In this document: one piece after another, positions 11,124 through 22,169 of the stretch
How positions within the stretch are numbered: position 1 is the stretch's first letter
How the letters are laid out: every line of letters starts with the position of its first letter
Notes under the pieces: model-generated
The model's input: only the letters and a program-made list of their open reading frames with translations
Databases searched by the model: none
Told to the model about the DNA's origin: nothing
Program-made: the position numbers and the translations under genes
Source: Bacteroides sp.
Lineage (GTDB): Bacteria > Bacteroidota > Bacteroidia > G022818785
Assembly: GCA_022818785.1 (NCBI GenBank)
Contig: CP063811.1
Coordinates: forward strand, 289,301-325,107
Direction of reading: 5' to 3'
DNA: 35,807 nucleotides

Positions 11124-12368
11124 ATGAATGTAAATATCAAATATCTTAAAAATATTAATACACAATTTAATATAAATCTACCTGGTTCTAAAAGTGAAAG
11201 TAACAGAATAGCTATCATAAAAAATTTGTGTAAAAATGATTTTAATATTGAAAATATGTCATCTTCTCATGACACATTAATAATTAATAAAGCATTAAAA
11301 GATATAAATAGTAATAAAAGTGAAATTAATATTGAATCATGTGGCACTGCGATGAGATTTTTAACTTCTTATTGTGCAATTACAAAAGGAAATTGGATAT
11401 TAAAAGGAGATAAAAGAATGCATGAAAGACCTATTAAAGTTTTAGTTAATGCATTGATAAATATTGGTGCTGATATTAATTACATTAAAAATAATGGATA
11501 TCCTCCTTTACATATTAAAGGAAAATGTTTAAATAAATCTAATACAATTTATATAGATGGAAGTGTTAGTAGTCAATATATATCATCAATATTAATGATT
11601 GCTCCATTATTACCAAATGGACTTATTATTAATATAACAGGTAATATTGTATCAGATCCATATATTAAAATGACACTTAATATTATGAATCATTTTGGAA
11701 TTAAATATAAATACATCAATAATAATATTATTATTGATAATCAAAATTACATACCTAAAAATATAACAGTTGAATCAGATTGGAGTTGTGCATCTTATTG
11801 GTATTCAATAGCTGGATTAATTAACAGCAATAATAATGTTATCAAATTAAATAATTTGAAAAAAAATAGCAATCAAGGTGATAATTATATTAGAAATATA
11901 ATGAATAACTTTGGTATTACAACTGAATTTGATGATAGGAATGCTTATATATATAAATCAATAAATATACATAAAAAATTAAATGAAATTGATTTAACTA
12001 AATATCCAGATATAGCACAAACTATAGCAGTTTATTTAGCAGGAAAAGGTTATAATGCAAAATTTATAGGATTACAAAGTTTAAAAATAAAAGAAACTGA
12101 TAGAATTTCCGCACTAAGTAATGAATTAAAAAAAATTAATATATTGTTTGAATCTAAAAAGGATAATTGGACTTTATTTGCTAAAAATAAATTTCATAAA
12201 ATAAACAATATTTGTTTTGATACTTATAACGATCATAGAATGGCTTTAGCATTTTCTGCATTTTCTATTGTTTATGGAAATATTAACATAAAAAATAGAA
12301 ATGTTATAAATAAATCATATCCTAATTACTGGAATGATATGGAAAATTCGGGATTTATAATAAAATAA
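11124..12368 (+). CDS. aroA: 3-phosphoshikimate 1-carboxyvinyltransferase (EPSP synthase)
   Basis: Motifs [64 protein letters not shown]. All catalytic positions I can recall from E. coli AroA are retained. The ORF track opens at TTG 11118; ATG 11124 is the more likely start. Confidence 0.92.
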   Translation: MNVNIKYLKNINTQFNINLPGSKSESNRIAIIKNLCKNDFNIENMSSSHDTLIINKALKDINSNKSEINIESCGTAMRFLTSYCAITKGNWILKGDKRMHERPIKVLVNALINIGADINYIKNNGYPPLHIKGKCLNKSNTIYIDGSVSSQYISSILMIAPLLPNGLIINITGNIVSDPYIKMTLNIMNHFGIKYKYINNNIIIDNQNYIPKNITVESDWSCASYWYSIAGLINSNNNVIKLNNLKKNSNQGDNYIRNIMNNFGITTEFDDRNAYIYKSINIHKKLNEIDLTKYPDIAQTIAVYLAGKGYNAKFIGLQSLKIKETDRISALSNELKKINILFESKKDNWTLFAKNKFHKINNICFDTYNDHRMALAFSAFSIVYGNINIKNRNVINKSYPNYWNDMENSGFIIK

Positions 12369-12381
12369 ACATTTAAAAATT

Positions 12382-13479
12382 ATGGCTAGTAATTCATTTG
12401 GAAAAATTTTTAGAATAACTACTTTTGGAGAATCTCATGGTACGGGAATAGGGCTAATTGTAGATGGTTGTCCCTCTGGCATTAATATTAATGTCAATGC
12501 AATACAAACAGATTTAAATCGTAGAAGACCTGGTCAATCAACTATAACAACTCAAAGAAAAGAAAAAGATGAAATAAAAGTATTATCTGGTATTTTTGAA
12601 AATAAAACCTTAGGAACTCCTATTGCTTTGATCATATATAATAAAGATCACAAATCTGAAGATTATACTCATATAAAAAATATTTTTAGACCATCACATG
12701 CAGATTATACATATGATGTTAAATATAATATAAGAGACTACCGAGGTGGAGGAAGATCTTCAGCCAGAGAAACTTTAGCAAGAGTAGCTGGAGGATCTAT
12801 TGCAAAAATGTTTATAAAACAAATATATAAAAATATAAAAGTAAATGCTTTTGTAAGCAGAGTTGCTAATATAAAAATTAATAAAAATATACATGAATTA
12901 GATCTATCCAAAATAGATGATAATATAATAAGGTGTCCAGACCAAAATATATCTCAATTAATGATAGAATTAATTAAAAAAATTAAAAAAACAGGAGATA
13001 CTGTAGGAGGAAGCATAACTTGTGTAATTGAAAATTGCCCTCCTGGTATAGGAGATCCAGTATTTGATAAATTGCATGCTAATTTAGGAAAAGCTATGTT
13101 AACAATAAATGCTGTACATGCGTTTGAATATGGATCTGGATTTGACGGAACATATTTGAAAGGCTCTGAACATAATGATATTTTTATTTTAAACAAAGAA
13201 AAAAACATTACTACAAAAACTAATAATTCTGGAGGCATACAAGGAGGCATTACAAATGGAGAAAATATATATTTTAATGTAGGATTTAAACCAGTAGCTA
13301 CTATAATAAAATCACAAAAATCGATAGATAATAATAATAATGTTGTAGATTGTATAGGTAAGGGAAGACATGATCCTTGTGTTTTACCTAGAGCAGTACC
13401 AATTGTTGAATCAATGACTTATTTAGTTCTTGCAGATCATATTCTTTTAAATAAAACAGTTAATATAAAAAATTTTTAA
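12382..13479 (+). CDS. aroC: chorismate synthase
   Basis: 365 aa. Motifs [62 protein letters not shown]. Confidence 0.95.
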   Translation: MASNSFGKIFRITTFGESHGTGIGLIVDGCPSGININVNAIQTDLNRRRPGQSTITTQRKEKDEIKVLSGIFENKTLGTPIALIIYNKDHKSEDYTHIKNIFRPSHADYTYDVKYNIRDYRGGGRSSARETLARVAGGSIAKMFIKQIYKNIKVNAFVSRVANIKINKNIHELDLSKIDDNIIRCPDQNISQLMIELIKKIKKTGDTVGGSITCVIENCPPGIGDPVFDKLHANLGKAMLTINAVHAFEYGSGFDGTYLKGSEHNDIFILNKEKNITTKTNNSGGIQGGITNGENIYFNVGFKPVATIIKSQKSIDNNNNVVDCIGKGRHDPCVLPRAVPIVESMTYLVLADHILLNKTVNIKNF

Positions 13480-14020
13480 CTTTAATTTTATAACCAAAAA
13501 GTATAATGATCATACATCCTAATAATATGTTTATATCAGCAATGTTAAATATTGCATTAAAAAAAAATTTACCATTTATAAATGGTAAATAATAATTATT
13601 CATAAATGGTAAATATATCATGTCAGTCACATTTCCATTCATTATATATCCATTATAATATATAATATCATGAAACCATGAATCAATAGTATTACTCAAA
13701 GCTCCTGATATCATCAAAGTAATTCCATATAATAAACTCTTGTTGCTGCAAAAATTATTTTTAATTAAGAAAATATAATATAAGTGTATTATAATAATTG
13801 CTTTTATTATAGATAATAATATTTTACCATTATATAATGGTATTTTAAATCCATATATGATTCCATCATTTTCTACATGATACAATGCTAAAAAACCATT
13901 TAAATAAAAAATACAATCATTTAAATTAATATATTTTTTAATAAAAAATTTGCTTAATTGATCAATTAAAACAATTATTAAAGATAATATGAAAAATATA
14001 TTATTATTTTTTCCTATCAA
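13460..14020 (-). CDS. lspA: lipoprotein signal peptidase (signal peptidase II)
   Basis: 186 aa, 4 TM. Motifs [31 protein letters not shown]. No in-frame ATG lies between the upstream stop (14042-14044) and residue ~103, so the start must be TTG at 14018-14020. Confidence 0.8.
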   Translation of the reverse strand: MIGKNNNIFFILSLIIVLIDQLSKFFIKKYINLNDCIFYLNGFLALYHVENDGIIYGFKIPLYNGKILLSIIKAIIIIHLYYIFLIKNNFCSNKSLLYGITLMISGALSNTIDSWFHDIIYYNGYIMNGNVTDMIYLPFMNNYYLPFINGKFFFNAIFNIADINILLGCMIIILFGYKIKVKNFLY

Positions 14021-14393
14021 AATACATATTATTTTTTGCTTCTATACATAATGTAGTATGAGGCACAAGTATCAATCTACTTTTAGGAATTATATTTCCT
14101 GTTATTCTACAGATTCCATATGTTTTGTTTTCTATTCTTATAAGCGCTAATTCAAGATTAGCAATAAATTTTTTTTGCCTAGATGCTAAATAACCAATTT
14201 GTTCTTTCTCCAGAGTTAGAGAAGAATCTTCTAAATTCTTTAAAGAATTAGCTGTATCTTCAGTCCCATTATTATTCATATTATTTAATGAATTTGTTAA
14301 TTTTACTAGTTCTTTTCTAGCTTCTGATATTTTTTTTGTTATAATGATTTTAAATTCATTTAGTTCTTTTTGAGAATAACTTTTATGTTTCAT
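14004..14393 (-). CDS. DksA/TraR-family zinc-finger-type protein
   Basis: Coiled-coil N-terminal region plus C-terminal YGICRITGNIIPKSRLILVPHTTLCIEAK, matching the DksA/TraR finger layout. Likely start is ATG at 14391-14393 (MKHKSYSQ...); the ORF track opens 5 codons earlier at TTG 14408. Confidence 0.65.
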   Translation of the reverse strand: MKHKSYSQKELNEFKIIITKKISEARKELVKLTNSLNNMNNNGTEDTANSLKNLEDSSLTLEKEQIGYLASRQKKFIANLELALIRIENKTYGICRITGNIIPKSRLILVPHTTLCIEAKNNMYFDRKK

Positions 14394-14397
14394 GGTA

Positions 14398-17300
14398 TTA
14401 TTTATCAATATGACATTTATCTAATTTTAATAATAAATTTTTATTATTAACAATAATTTCTTCAAAATTAATATCTATTTCATTTGTATGAGAGACACTG
14501 TTACATAATAACTCATTACAGAAATATTGATAATTTTCATTAATAATATTGTAAAAAAAAACATTATTTCCAATACAAATATTAATTTTATCGACTATGT
14601 TAAAGTTATATTTTTTACGCATTATTTGAATTTTACTAATTAATTCACGTAATAAGCCTTCATTTTTTAAATTAATATTCAAATTAATATCTAATGAAAT
14701 TGCAAACTTGTTATCATAATTTATTTTCCAATTAGATTTATTATCATAAATAAATTTAACATATGTATTCAATATTTTGTAATTATTACCTTCAATATCA
14801 ATATTAATAAATTTATTTGTCTCCAATTTATTTATATCATCATCGTTAAATAATTCAATTTTGTTAGCAATTATTTTAGTTTTTGATCCAAAAACAGGTC
14901 CTAAAATTTTATAATTAGGTTTTACAATTTTTTTTAGAATATTGTTTTTTTTAGAATATTCAATATTTTTTATATTAGTTTCTGAAAGAATTATATTTTT
15001 AATAGAATTAATATGATATTTATCTAATGGATTTTCTAAAAAAATATTAATACTGTTTAATGGTATTCGAACATTAATTTTAGCTTTTTTTCTCAGAGAA
15101 AGTACTATTGAAGATATATTTTTTGCATATTGCATTTTATAATCTAATTCTTTATTTATATTTTCTGTATTAAAAGAAACAAAATTGTTTAAATGTACAG
15201 ATGAAATATTATTTTTTTTTATATTTTTTGTTATATCTTGATATAATATTTCACCATAAAACGGAGCTATAGGAGCTATTATAATAGCGATATTATAAAT
15301 ACATTTATATAAAGTTTGATATGCAGATATTTTATCTTTTGAATATTCACTTTTCCAAAATCTTTTTCGACAAATTCTTATATACCAATTACTTAATAAA
15401 TCAATAACAAAATAATTTATAAAATCAACAGCTTTATTGCATTCATATAAATCCATGCATTCATTAATTTCTTTAATTAGATAATTAAGTCTTGTAATAA
15501 TCCACTGATCTATTTCGGGTCTATCATTGAAATTTATTTCATCTTCTGTATATTGAAAATTATCTATATTCGCATAGATGGAAAAAAACTTATATACATT
15601 ATGTAATGTTCCAAAAAATCTATTTTTTATATTTTCTAATTCTTTAATATCAAATTTAATATTATCTGAAGAATTACCATTACTTATTAAATACCATCTA
15701 AGTATATCTGCTCCATACTTATTAATAATGTATAATGGATCTATAGTATTTCCATATTTTTTAGACATTTTATTACCATTTGCATCTAAAATAAGGCCAT
15801 GGGGAATAACATTGCGAAAAGCTATAGACTTATTAATCATAACAGATATAATATGCAATGTAAAAAACCATCCTCTAGTTTGATCAATACCTTCAGATAT
15901 AAAATCAGCTGGAAAATTTTGTTTAAAAATTTCTTTATTATTAAATGGATAATTATACTGAGCATATGGCATGCATCCTGAATCAAACCAAACATCTATT
16001 ACATCACTTTCTCTATATAATTTAACGTTATTTCTTACTAATATTATCTTATCAATGTAAGGCCTATGTAAATCAAAATTATTAGATTCCATATTATTAA
16101 TATATTCAATATTATCTTTTAACTCTTTTTCATTTAAAATACTAGATTGAATGGCATTAATAATTTCATTCTTTAACTCTTTTAAAGAACCTATACATAC
16201 TATATATTTATTATTTTTTGATTGCCATATAGGAAGAGGAGTTCCCCAAAATCTAGATCTTGAAAAATTCCAATCTACTATGTTATTTAGCCAATCATAA
16301 AATCTTTTTTTACCTATTTGTTTAGGTATCCAATTAATCAATTGACTATATTTTAATATATCTTTTTTAATTGACGTTGTTCTTATAAACCATGATTCCA
16401 TTGGATAATATAATACAGGTTTATCAGTACGCCAACAATGAGGATATAAATGTTTGTACTCAAATTTTTTAAAAATTTGATTATTAATTTCAAGTTTTTT
16501 AATAATTAAATCACAAGTAGATGGTGATTTTTGATTAGAATCGTATTCTGGTCTTACATATTTACCTGCAAAATCTGATATTTCATTTATAAATCTTCCT
16601 TGTAAATCAACAATAGGCTTTAAAAAAATACTATTTTTTTGTTTTAATCCTATAATTGGTATATCTTTTTGCATGCTTAAAGTAAAATCATCAATTCCAA
16701 ACATAGAAGCAATATGAACTATTCCTGTTCCACTGTTATTATTGACAAAATTGCCATGTGTAATAAAAAAAGCATTATTATTTAAGTAATTATTTGATAT
16801 ATATGGCATAATTTGACAATATTTCAATCCTATTAAATATTGACCATAAAATTCGCTTTCAATGGAACAACTATTTTTATCAAAAAAATCATAAACCATA
16901 TTTTTAGATATTATATAATAAACATATTTTTTAATTATAAAATCATATTGTTTGATTTTTACATATATTATTGATTTATTAATAGCTAAAGCAGAATTTG
17001 CTGGTAAAGTCCATGGGGTAGTTGTCCATACTAATATATAGATTATATCATATTGACTATTAAATATAGTATGATATTTTCTATTATACATAACATTAAA
17101 TTTAACAACTATACTAGTATCAGTAATTTCTTTATAAGATCCTAATTGATTAAGTTCGTGAGAACTTAATCCAGTACCTGCTGCAGGAGAATATGGTTGA
17201 ATTTTATATCCTTTATAAATTAATTTTTTATTAAATAGTTTTTTAATAATATTCCAAACACTCTCTATGTAACTATTATGAAATGTATTGTAACCATTAT

Positions 17301-17745
17301 TAATATCAATCCAATATCCCATTTTTTTAGTTAAAACATTCCAATGTTTGATGTTTTTTTGTACCATTTTACGACATTCATTACAATATTTTTTGATTGA
17401 TATTTTATTTGGTATATCAAATTTTGTAATTTTGAGTTCTTTTTCAACAGATAATTCAACAGGAAGCCCATGAGCATCCCAACCAGCTTTTCGATAAACT
17501 TTATACCCTTTCATAGTTTTATAACGACAAAATATATCTTTATATGTCCTTGATAAAACATGATGTATGCCTGGTTTTCCATTTATAGATGGAGGTCCTT
17601 CATAAAAAGAAAATATATTATTATTTGATTTTGATATTAAACTAATATCAAATACTGATTTTTTGTTCCATAACTTTAATACATATTGTTCATTAGATAT
17701 TATATCCAAATGCGTATATTCTCTATATATATTTTTATTCTTCAT
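14398..17745 (-). CDS. ileS: isoleucine--tRNA ligase (long Bacteroidota type)
   Basis: 1115 aa. Motifs FYEGPPSINGKPGIHHVLSRTYKD (HIGH variant), WDAHGLPVE, WTTTPWTLPAN, KMSKKYGN (KMSKS). Confidence 0.95.
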   Translation of the reverse strand: MKNKNIYREYTHLDIISNEQYVLKLWNKKSVFDISLISKSNNNIFSFYEGPPSINGKPGIHHVLSRTYKDIFCRYKTMKGYKVYRKAGWDAHGLPVELSVEKELKITKFDIPNKISIKKYCNECRKMVQKNIKHWNVLTKKMGYWIDINNGYNTFHNSYIESVWNIIKKLFNKKLIYKGYKIQPYSPAAGTGLSSHELNQLGSYKEITDTSIVVKFNVMYNRKYHTIFNSQYDIIYILVWTTTPWTLPANSALAINKSIIYVKIKQYDFIIKKYVYYIISKNMVYDFFDKNSCSIESEFYGQYLIGLKYCQIMPYISNNYLNNNAFFITHGNFVNNNSGTGIVHIASMFGIDDFTLSMQKDIPIIGLKQKNSIFLKPIVDLQGRFINEISDFAGKYVRPEYDSNQKSPSTCDLIIKKLEINNQIFKKFEYKHLYPHCWRTDKPVLYYPMESWFIRTTSIKKDILKYSQLINWIPKQIGKKRFYDWLNNIVDWNFSRSRFWGTPLPIWQSKNNKYIVCIGSLKELKNEIINAIQSSILNEKELKDNIEYINNMESNNFDLHRPYIDKIILVRNNVKLYRESDVIDVWFDSGCMPYAQYNYPFNNKEIFKQNFPADFISEGIDQTRGWFFTLHIISVMINKSIAFRNVIPHGLILDANGNKMSKKYGNTIDPLYIINKYGADILRWYLISNGNSSDNIKFDIKELENIKNRFFGTLHNVYKFFSIYANIDNFQYTEDEINFNDRPEIDQWIITRLNYLIKEINECMDLYECNKAVDFINYFVIDLLSNWYIRICRKRFWKSEYSKDKISAYQTLYKCIYNIAIIIAPIAPFYGEILYQDITKNIKKNNISSVHLNNFVSFNTENINKELDYKMQYAKNISSIVLSLRKKAKINVRIPLNSINIFLENPLDKYHINSIKNIILSETNIKNIEYSKKNNILKKIVKPNYKILGPVFGSKTKIIANKIELFNDDDINKLETNKFINIDIEGNNYKILNTYVKFIYDNKSNWKINYDNKFAISLDINLNINLKNEGLLRELISKIQIMRKKYNFNIVDKINICIGNNVFFYNIINENYQYFCNELLCNSVSHTNEIDINFEEIIVNNKNLLLKLDKCHIDK

Positions 17746-17806
17746 ATTATTTTAATAATTAACATGTCATTATAAAAAAATAAACTTTATATAAAAATAT
17801 AAATAC

Positions 17807-18805
17807 TCAATTGTGTTGGGAAATTATATTTTCAATCATTTCTTCATACATATTTTTTAAACTAAATTTGCTTTTACTAATTTGATGAGTAGTTATACTA
17901 TTAGGCGATAATCCTGGTATAGTATTTATTTCCAAATAAAACCATCTCTTTGTATAAGATTCTAAAATAAAATCTATTCTTATGATACCATTACAATTAA
18001 AAAATTGGTATATCTTAGAAGAGATATTTTGTAATTTTATTATATCTATTTTAGGTAATTTACATGGAGTAATCTTAAGTGTTATTTCTTTATACTTGCT
18101 TTGAAAATCAAAAAAATCTCTTTTATGAATAATTTCTGTAATTGGCAATACAATAATATCATTATCTTTATTCTTAAAGACACTAACACTAAATTCTCTA
18201 CCTTTAATATACTGTTCAATATATATGTCTTTATATTTCAATAAAGATATATCAATTATTTTTTTTAGATTTTTTTTATTATAAATTTTTTGTATCCCTA
18301 TACTTGATCCTAAATTATTAGGTTTTATTAAAAATGGATATCTAATTAATTTTGATATATAATTTATATTATTATCTTTATTGTAATAAAAATCGCATGG
18401 TAAATATAAATTATCTATATCAGACTGTTTTAATAACATTTTAGATATTCTTTTATTAATTGTAATGACAGCATTTGTATAATTAGGTCCTATATATGGA
18501 ATATTCATTATATTTAAATAAGCTTGTATTTGTCCATTTTCTCCTGGTTCACCATGTATTAAAATAAATACTAAATCAAAAAGTATTTTTTGGTTTAGTA
18601 TTTTAAGAGAAAAATCATTTTTATTAATAAAAAAACATTTTTTCATTTCTTTTTGAAAATAATACCATCCTTTTTTATCAACAAATATCTTATATAAATC
18701 ATATTTGTTTTTATCTAAAATAGAATAGATATGTTCTCCACTCTGAAATGATATAATATTTTCTTCACTATATCCTCCAATCATTAATGCTATTTTATAT
18801 TTCAT
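17807..18805 (-). CDS. ddl: D-alanine--D-alanine ligase
   Basis: 332 aa. Motifs HGEPGENGQIQ, KPNNLGSSIG, EFSVSV, FQSKY, RIDF, LEINTIPG. Stop codon is TGA (17807-17809). Confidence 0.9.
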   Translation of the reverse strand: MKYKIALMIGGYSEENIISFQSGEHIYSILDKNKYDLYKIFVDKKGWYYFQKEMKKCFFINKNDFSLKILNQKILFDLVFILIHGEPGENGQIQAYLNIMNIPYIGPNYTNAVITINKRISKMLLKQSDIDNLYLPCDFYYNKDNNINYISKLIRYPFLIKPNNLGSSIGIQKIYNKKNLKKIIDISLLKYKDIYIEQYIKGREFSVSVFKNKDNDIIVLPITEIIHKRDFFDFQSKYKEITLKITPCKLPKIDIIKLQNISSKIYQFFNCNGIIRIDFILESYTKRWFYLEINTIPGLSPNSITTHQISKSKFSLKNMYEEMIENIISQHN

Positions 18806-18864
18806 AAATTATATTTTAATATATTAGAAAATTATATAATAATACATTATAAAATTAATATTTT

Positions 18865-19599
18865 ATGGTTAGATATATTAAATATATATTTATTACAATT
18901 GTGATATATATAATTATATATACACTTATTATATTATTTTTGCATCATTATACTGGGTACAATGATTTAACTCAAGTGCCTAACTTTATAGGCAAAGATG
19001 TAAATAATATAGAAAATTTGTCTAATAAAAAATTAAAAACTAAAATTGGTTATACTTATGATAGTAATTTTGAAAAAAATACTATTATTAATCAATATCC
19101 TCTACCATATAGTATGGTAAAAAATAATAGAATTATATACATAAATGTAGCATGTTCTACAATAAAAAAAATAAAAAAATCTGATATTATTAATATGTCA
19201 AAGAGAGATGTTATTAATATTCTTAATCAGAATAATATATATATAGAAAAAATTTATTACACACAATCTGAAATAAAAGATAAATTAATATACATTAAAT
19301 GCAAAGATGAGTTAATAAATTATGAAATTTATAATGGATGCAAAGTGCAATTATTTTTTGGTAATGGAATAAACAAAAACGAAATTAAAATACCTTTTTT
19401 ACAAGGATTGACACTTGACGAAGCAATAAAAATCATAATAGAAAAAAAACTTACTGTTGGTTTAATATATTATGATCGTCACATAAAAGATAAAAATAAA
19501 TCCATTATTTATAAATATAAACCATCTATACCTTCATTAGATAATGAAGTTTTATATGGAACACCAATAAATATTTATTTATGTGATGAAAAATCATAG
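18865..19599 (+). CDS. PASTA-domain membrane protein
   Basis: 244 aa. N-terminal TM helix followed by repeats beginning VPNFIGKDVNN.. and IPFLQGLTLDEAIKII.., typical of PASTA units. It lies divergent from ddl, as I recall for Flavobacteriia. Confidence 0.55.
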   Translation: MVRYIKYIFITIVIYIIIYTLIILFLHHYTGYNDLTQVPNFIGKDVNNIENLSNKKLKTKIGYTYDSNFEKNTIINQYPLPYSMVKNNRIIYINVACSTIKKIKKSDIINMSKRDVINILNQNNIYIEKIYYTQSEIKDKLIYIKCKDELINYEIYNGCKVQLFFGNGINKNEIKIPFLQGLTLDEAIKIIIEKKLTVGLIYYDRHIKDKNKSIIYKYKPSIPSLDNEVLYGTPINIYLCDEKS

Positions 19600-20223
19600 T
19601 TAATTTTTTGATAAACAATATTCATTAAATCTTTTTACAATATTATCCCAATTAATTATATTAAAAAAAGCATTTATATAGTCTATTCTTCTATTTTGAT
19701 ATTTTAAATAATAAGCATGTTCCCAAAGATCTATTCCCAATATGGGTATACCTCTATCTTTTGCAAGATCCATCATAGGATTATCTTGATTTATCGTAGA
19801 TGATATTTTAAGTTTATTATCTTTTATAATAAGCCAAGTCCATCCAGAACCAAAAACTGACAATGCATTTTTAGAAAATTCATTTTTAAAATTTTCAAAT
19901 GATCCATATATAGAGTTTATATCATCTTTTAAATTTCCATAAAGCTTTTGTTTATTTTTATAAGGAGTTAAACTATTCCAAAAGAAAGTATGATTATAAT
20001 GTCCGCCTGCATTATTTTTTATTATTGTATCATATTTAGATATATTACATATAATATCTTCAATGCAGCAATTTTGAGAATTTTTATCATTCTCTATGGC
20101 TTTATTTAAATTTGCAACATAATTATTATGATGTTTACCATAATGTAATTCCATTGTATATTTATCTATATAAGGCTCCAATGCACTACTATCATAAGGT
20201 AATGCTTGTAATATAAAAGACAT
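19600..20223 (-). CDS. sodA: superoxide dismutase, Mn-type
   Basis: 207 aa. Motifs LPYDSSALEPYID, ELHYGKHH, NNAGGHYNHTFFW, STINQDNP (Gln in the Mn-type position), DLWEHAYYLKYQNRR. Confidence 0.92.
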   Translation of the reverse strand: MSFILQALPYDSSALEPYIDKYTMELHYGKHHNNYVANLNKAIENDKNSQNCCIEDIICNISKYDTIIKNNAGGHYNHTFFWNSLTPYKNKQKLYGNLKDDINSIYGSFENFKNEFSKNALSVFGSGWTWLIIKDNKLKISSTINQDNPMMDLAKDRGIPILGIDLWEHAYYLKYQNRRIDYINAFFNIINWDNIVKRFNEYCLSKN

Positions 20224-20318
20224 AATTAAAGTATATTATTTTAAATTTTCAAAAAGTCAAATACAATATCAATCAAATAACCAATATACTAATTTTATTA
20301 AAAAAAATACAATTAGTA

Positions 20319-20756
20319 TTAATAATATTTTATACGTTTTTTTTTAAAAAAAGATTTTAACATTTCAGAATGCTCTGTGCTAGAATTTAAAAAATTCAGT
20401 ATAATATTTTTCTTATGATTTATAAATTTTTTATGAGAATTTTTAGCACCATATACTATCCTATTTATCATAAATAAATATGCAGCACCCATACACATCA
20501 TACAAGGCTCTAAAGTAACATATAGAGTACATTTTTTTAAATATTTTGATCCTAAATAATTACATGCTGCTGTCATAGCTTGAATTTCTGCATGTGCAGA
20601 CAAATCTTTAAGTTTATTAGTCATATTATGACCTTTTCCTAATATAATATTTTTATCATCTACTATAACAGCTCCTATGGGAACTTCATTATTATAAAGA
20701 GCACATAATGCTTCTTTAAAAGCATATTTCATATTTATATTATCAATATCATTCAT
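20319..20756 (-). CDS. tadA: tRNA adenosine(34) deaminase
   Basis: 145 aa. CDA zinc motifs HAEIQAM and PCMMCMGA. Confidence 0.88.
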   Translation of the reverse strand: MNDIDNINMKYAFKEALCALYNNEVPIGAVIVDDKNIILGKGHNMTNKLKDLSAHAEIQAMTAACNYLGSKYLKKCTLYVTLEPCMMCMGAAYLFMINRIVYGAKNSHKKFINHKKNIILNFLNSSTEHSEMLKSFFKKKRIKYY

Positions 20757-21934
20757 AATATATTTTGAAAATTTATATAATCAACATCAATTTTATTTAC
20801 ATTATTATTTTGAATAATAAAATCTGTTAATAAATTATCATCGCAAACATTCTTTATTTTGTTATTATTGCAATAATTTGTTATTATTTCTTTAATAATA
20901 TTATTTAATATTTTGTAATATATATCCATTAAATATTGATATGAATTTGCTTGATTGATACCATAATAGTTATCAATCATTTTTTGCACAACTGATAATG
21001 GTAATTTAAGATCAAGAATATTAATCATATGTAAATAATAACTGTTTAATAAATTTTTTATAGACTGTTCTTCAGATATCTTTTTTAACGATATTTCTAT
21101 TTCTTTATAGAAATTTAACTCATTATTGATATTTTTACCAGGAAAAATTTTATTTATAAAAGATTCATTAATTTCAAAATTATCTATTAAGGAAATTTTC
21201 TTAATTCTTAATAAGAAAATATCTTGATTGTTAATCACATTATTACTTTTAAAAAAAGCACATATTTTTTCATACATGAAATTAGAAAAAAAATCCTTAA
21301 TATTTATTTTTATAGTATCATTTACAGATTTATTGAACAATATTTTCTTAATTTCTTGGTTATAAATAAAATCATAATATATAAAATGATCAATTTTAAT
21401 TTCACTATTATTTATAGCTTCTAATGAAATATCTATCTTACAAGACTTATCAATTTTATTATGCAATTTATAATTGCTATTTTTTTGATGTAAAAAAATT
21501 ACATATTTTTTAATAGTACTTTCATGATATACAATATTATAATATTCAATATTGTTATTTTTGAATTTGTCAATATCAATAACAGGAATATATATTATAT
21601 CATAATATAAATTGAATTTATCTTCAAAATTCCAATTATATTTTTTAACATCAAAGTTAAGTAATGGATATCCTATTATTTTAATACTGTTATTTTGTAA
21701 ATATTTCATTACAAATTCATTTGCCATATTTAATATGGTGTTTTGTATTACTTTTTTTCCATATACATTCTTTAAATATTTTATCGGAATCAATCCTCTT
21801 CTAAATCCTGATATATTATTAGATTTACCGTATTGAAGTAACATATTTATTGACTTACTATAATAGTCTTTTATTTCAATATCAACATTAATAATACTAT
21901 GTAATTTATTTAATTTATTAATACTTAATTTCAT
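20753..21934 (-). CDS. tig: trigger factor (divergent, shortened)
   Basis: 393 aa. The N-terminal ribosome-binding signature GFRRGLIP is in the expected place. The rest is highly N/I/K-rich. The stop overlaps the tadA start (ATGA). Confidence 0.75.
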   Translation of the reverse strand: MKLSINKLNKLHSIINVDIEIKDYYSKSINMLLQYGKSNNISGFRRGLIPIKYLKNVYGKKVIQNTILNMANEFVMKYLQNNSIKIIGYPLLNFDVKKYNWNFEDKFNLYYDIIYIPVIDIDKFKNNNIEYYNIVYHESTIKKYVIFLHQKNSNYKLHNKIDKSCKIDISLEAINNSEIKIDHFIYYDFIYNQEIKKILFNKSVNDTIKINIKDFFSNFMYEKICAFFKSNNVINNQDIFLLRIKKISLIDNFEINESFINKIFPGKNINNELNFYKEIEISLKKISEEQSIKNLLNSYYLHMINILDLKLPLSVVQKMIDNYYGINQANSYQYLMDIYYKILNNIIKEIITNYCNNNKIKNVCDDNLLTDFIIQNNNVNKIDVDYINFQNIL

Positions 21935-21955
21935 ATGATAATTATAAATAATTAA

Positions 21956-22039
21956 TGCGGATGAAGGGACTTGAACCCTTACGCTTTTTCAAGCTTTAGA
22001 TCCTAAATCTAACGCGTATACCAATTTCGCCACATCCGC
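21956..22039 (-). tRNA. tRNA-Leu (anticodon UAG), 84 nt, long variable arm, CCA not encoded
   Basis: Folded by hand on the minus strand: acceptor GCGGATG/CATCCGC plus A; D arm GCG..CGC; anticodon stem TTAGA/TCTAA with loop TTTAGGA; variable stem GCTT/AAGC; T arm AAGGG-TTCAAGT-CCCTT. Confidence 0.92.
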
Positions 22040-22169
22040 TTTATAATAATTTGTTATTAAATATTTATATTTAAAAATAAATTATTATATAAATAATATA
22101 AAAACGTAAATCAATATAAAAAAAATATTGATAATAATATGAATTGTTATACGCAATATTAATATTTAA

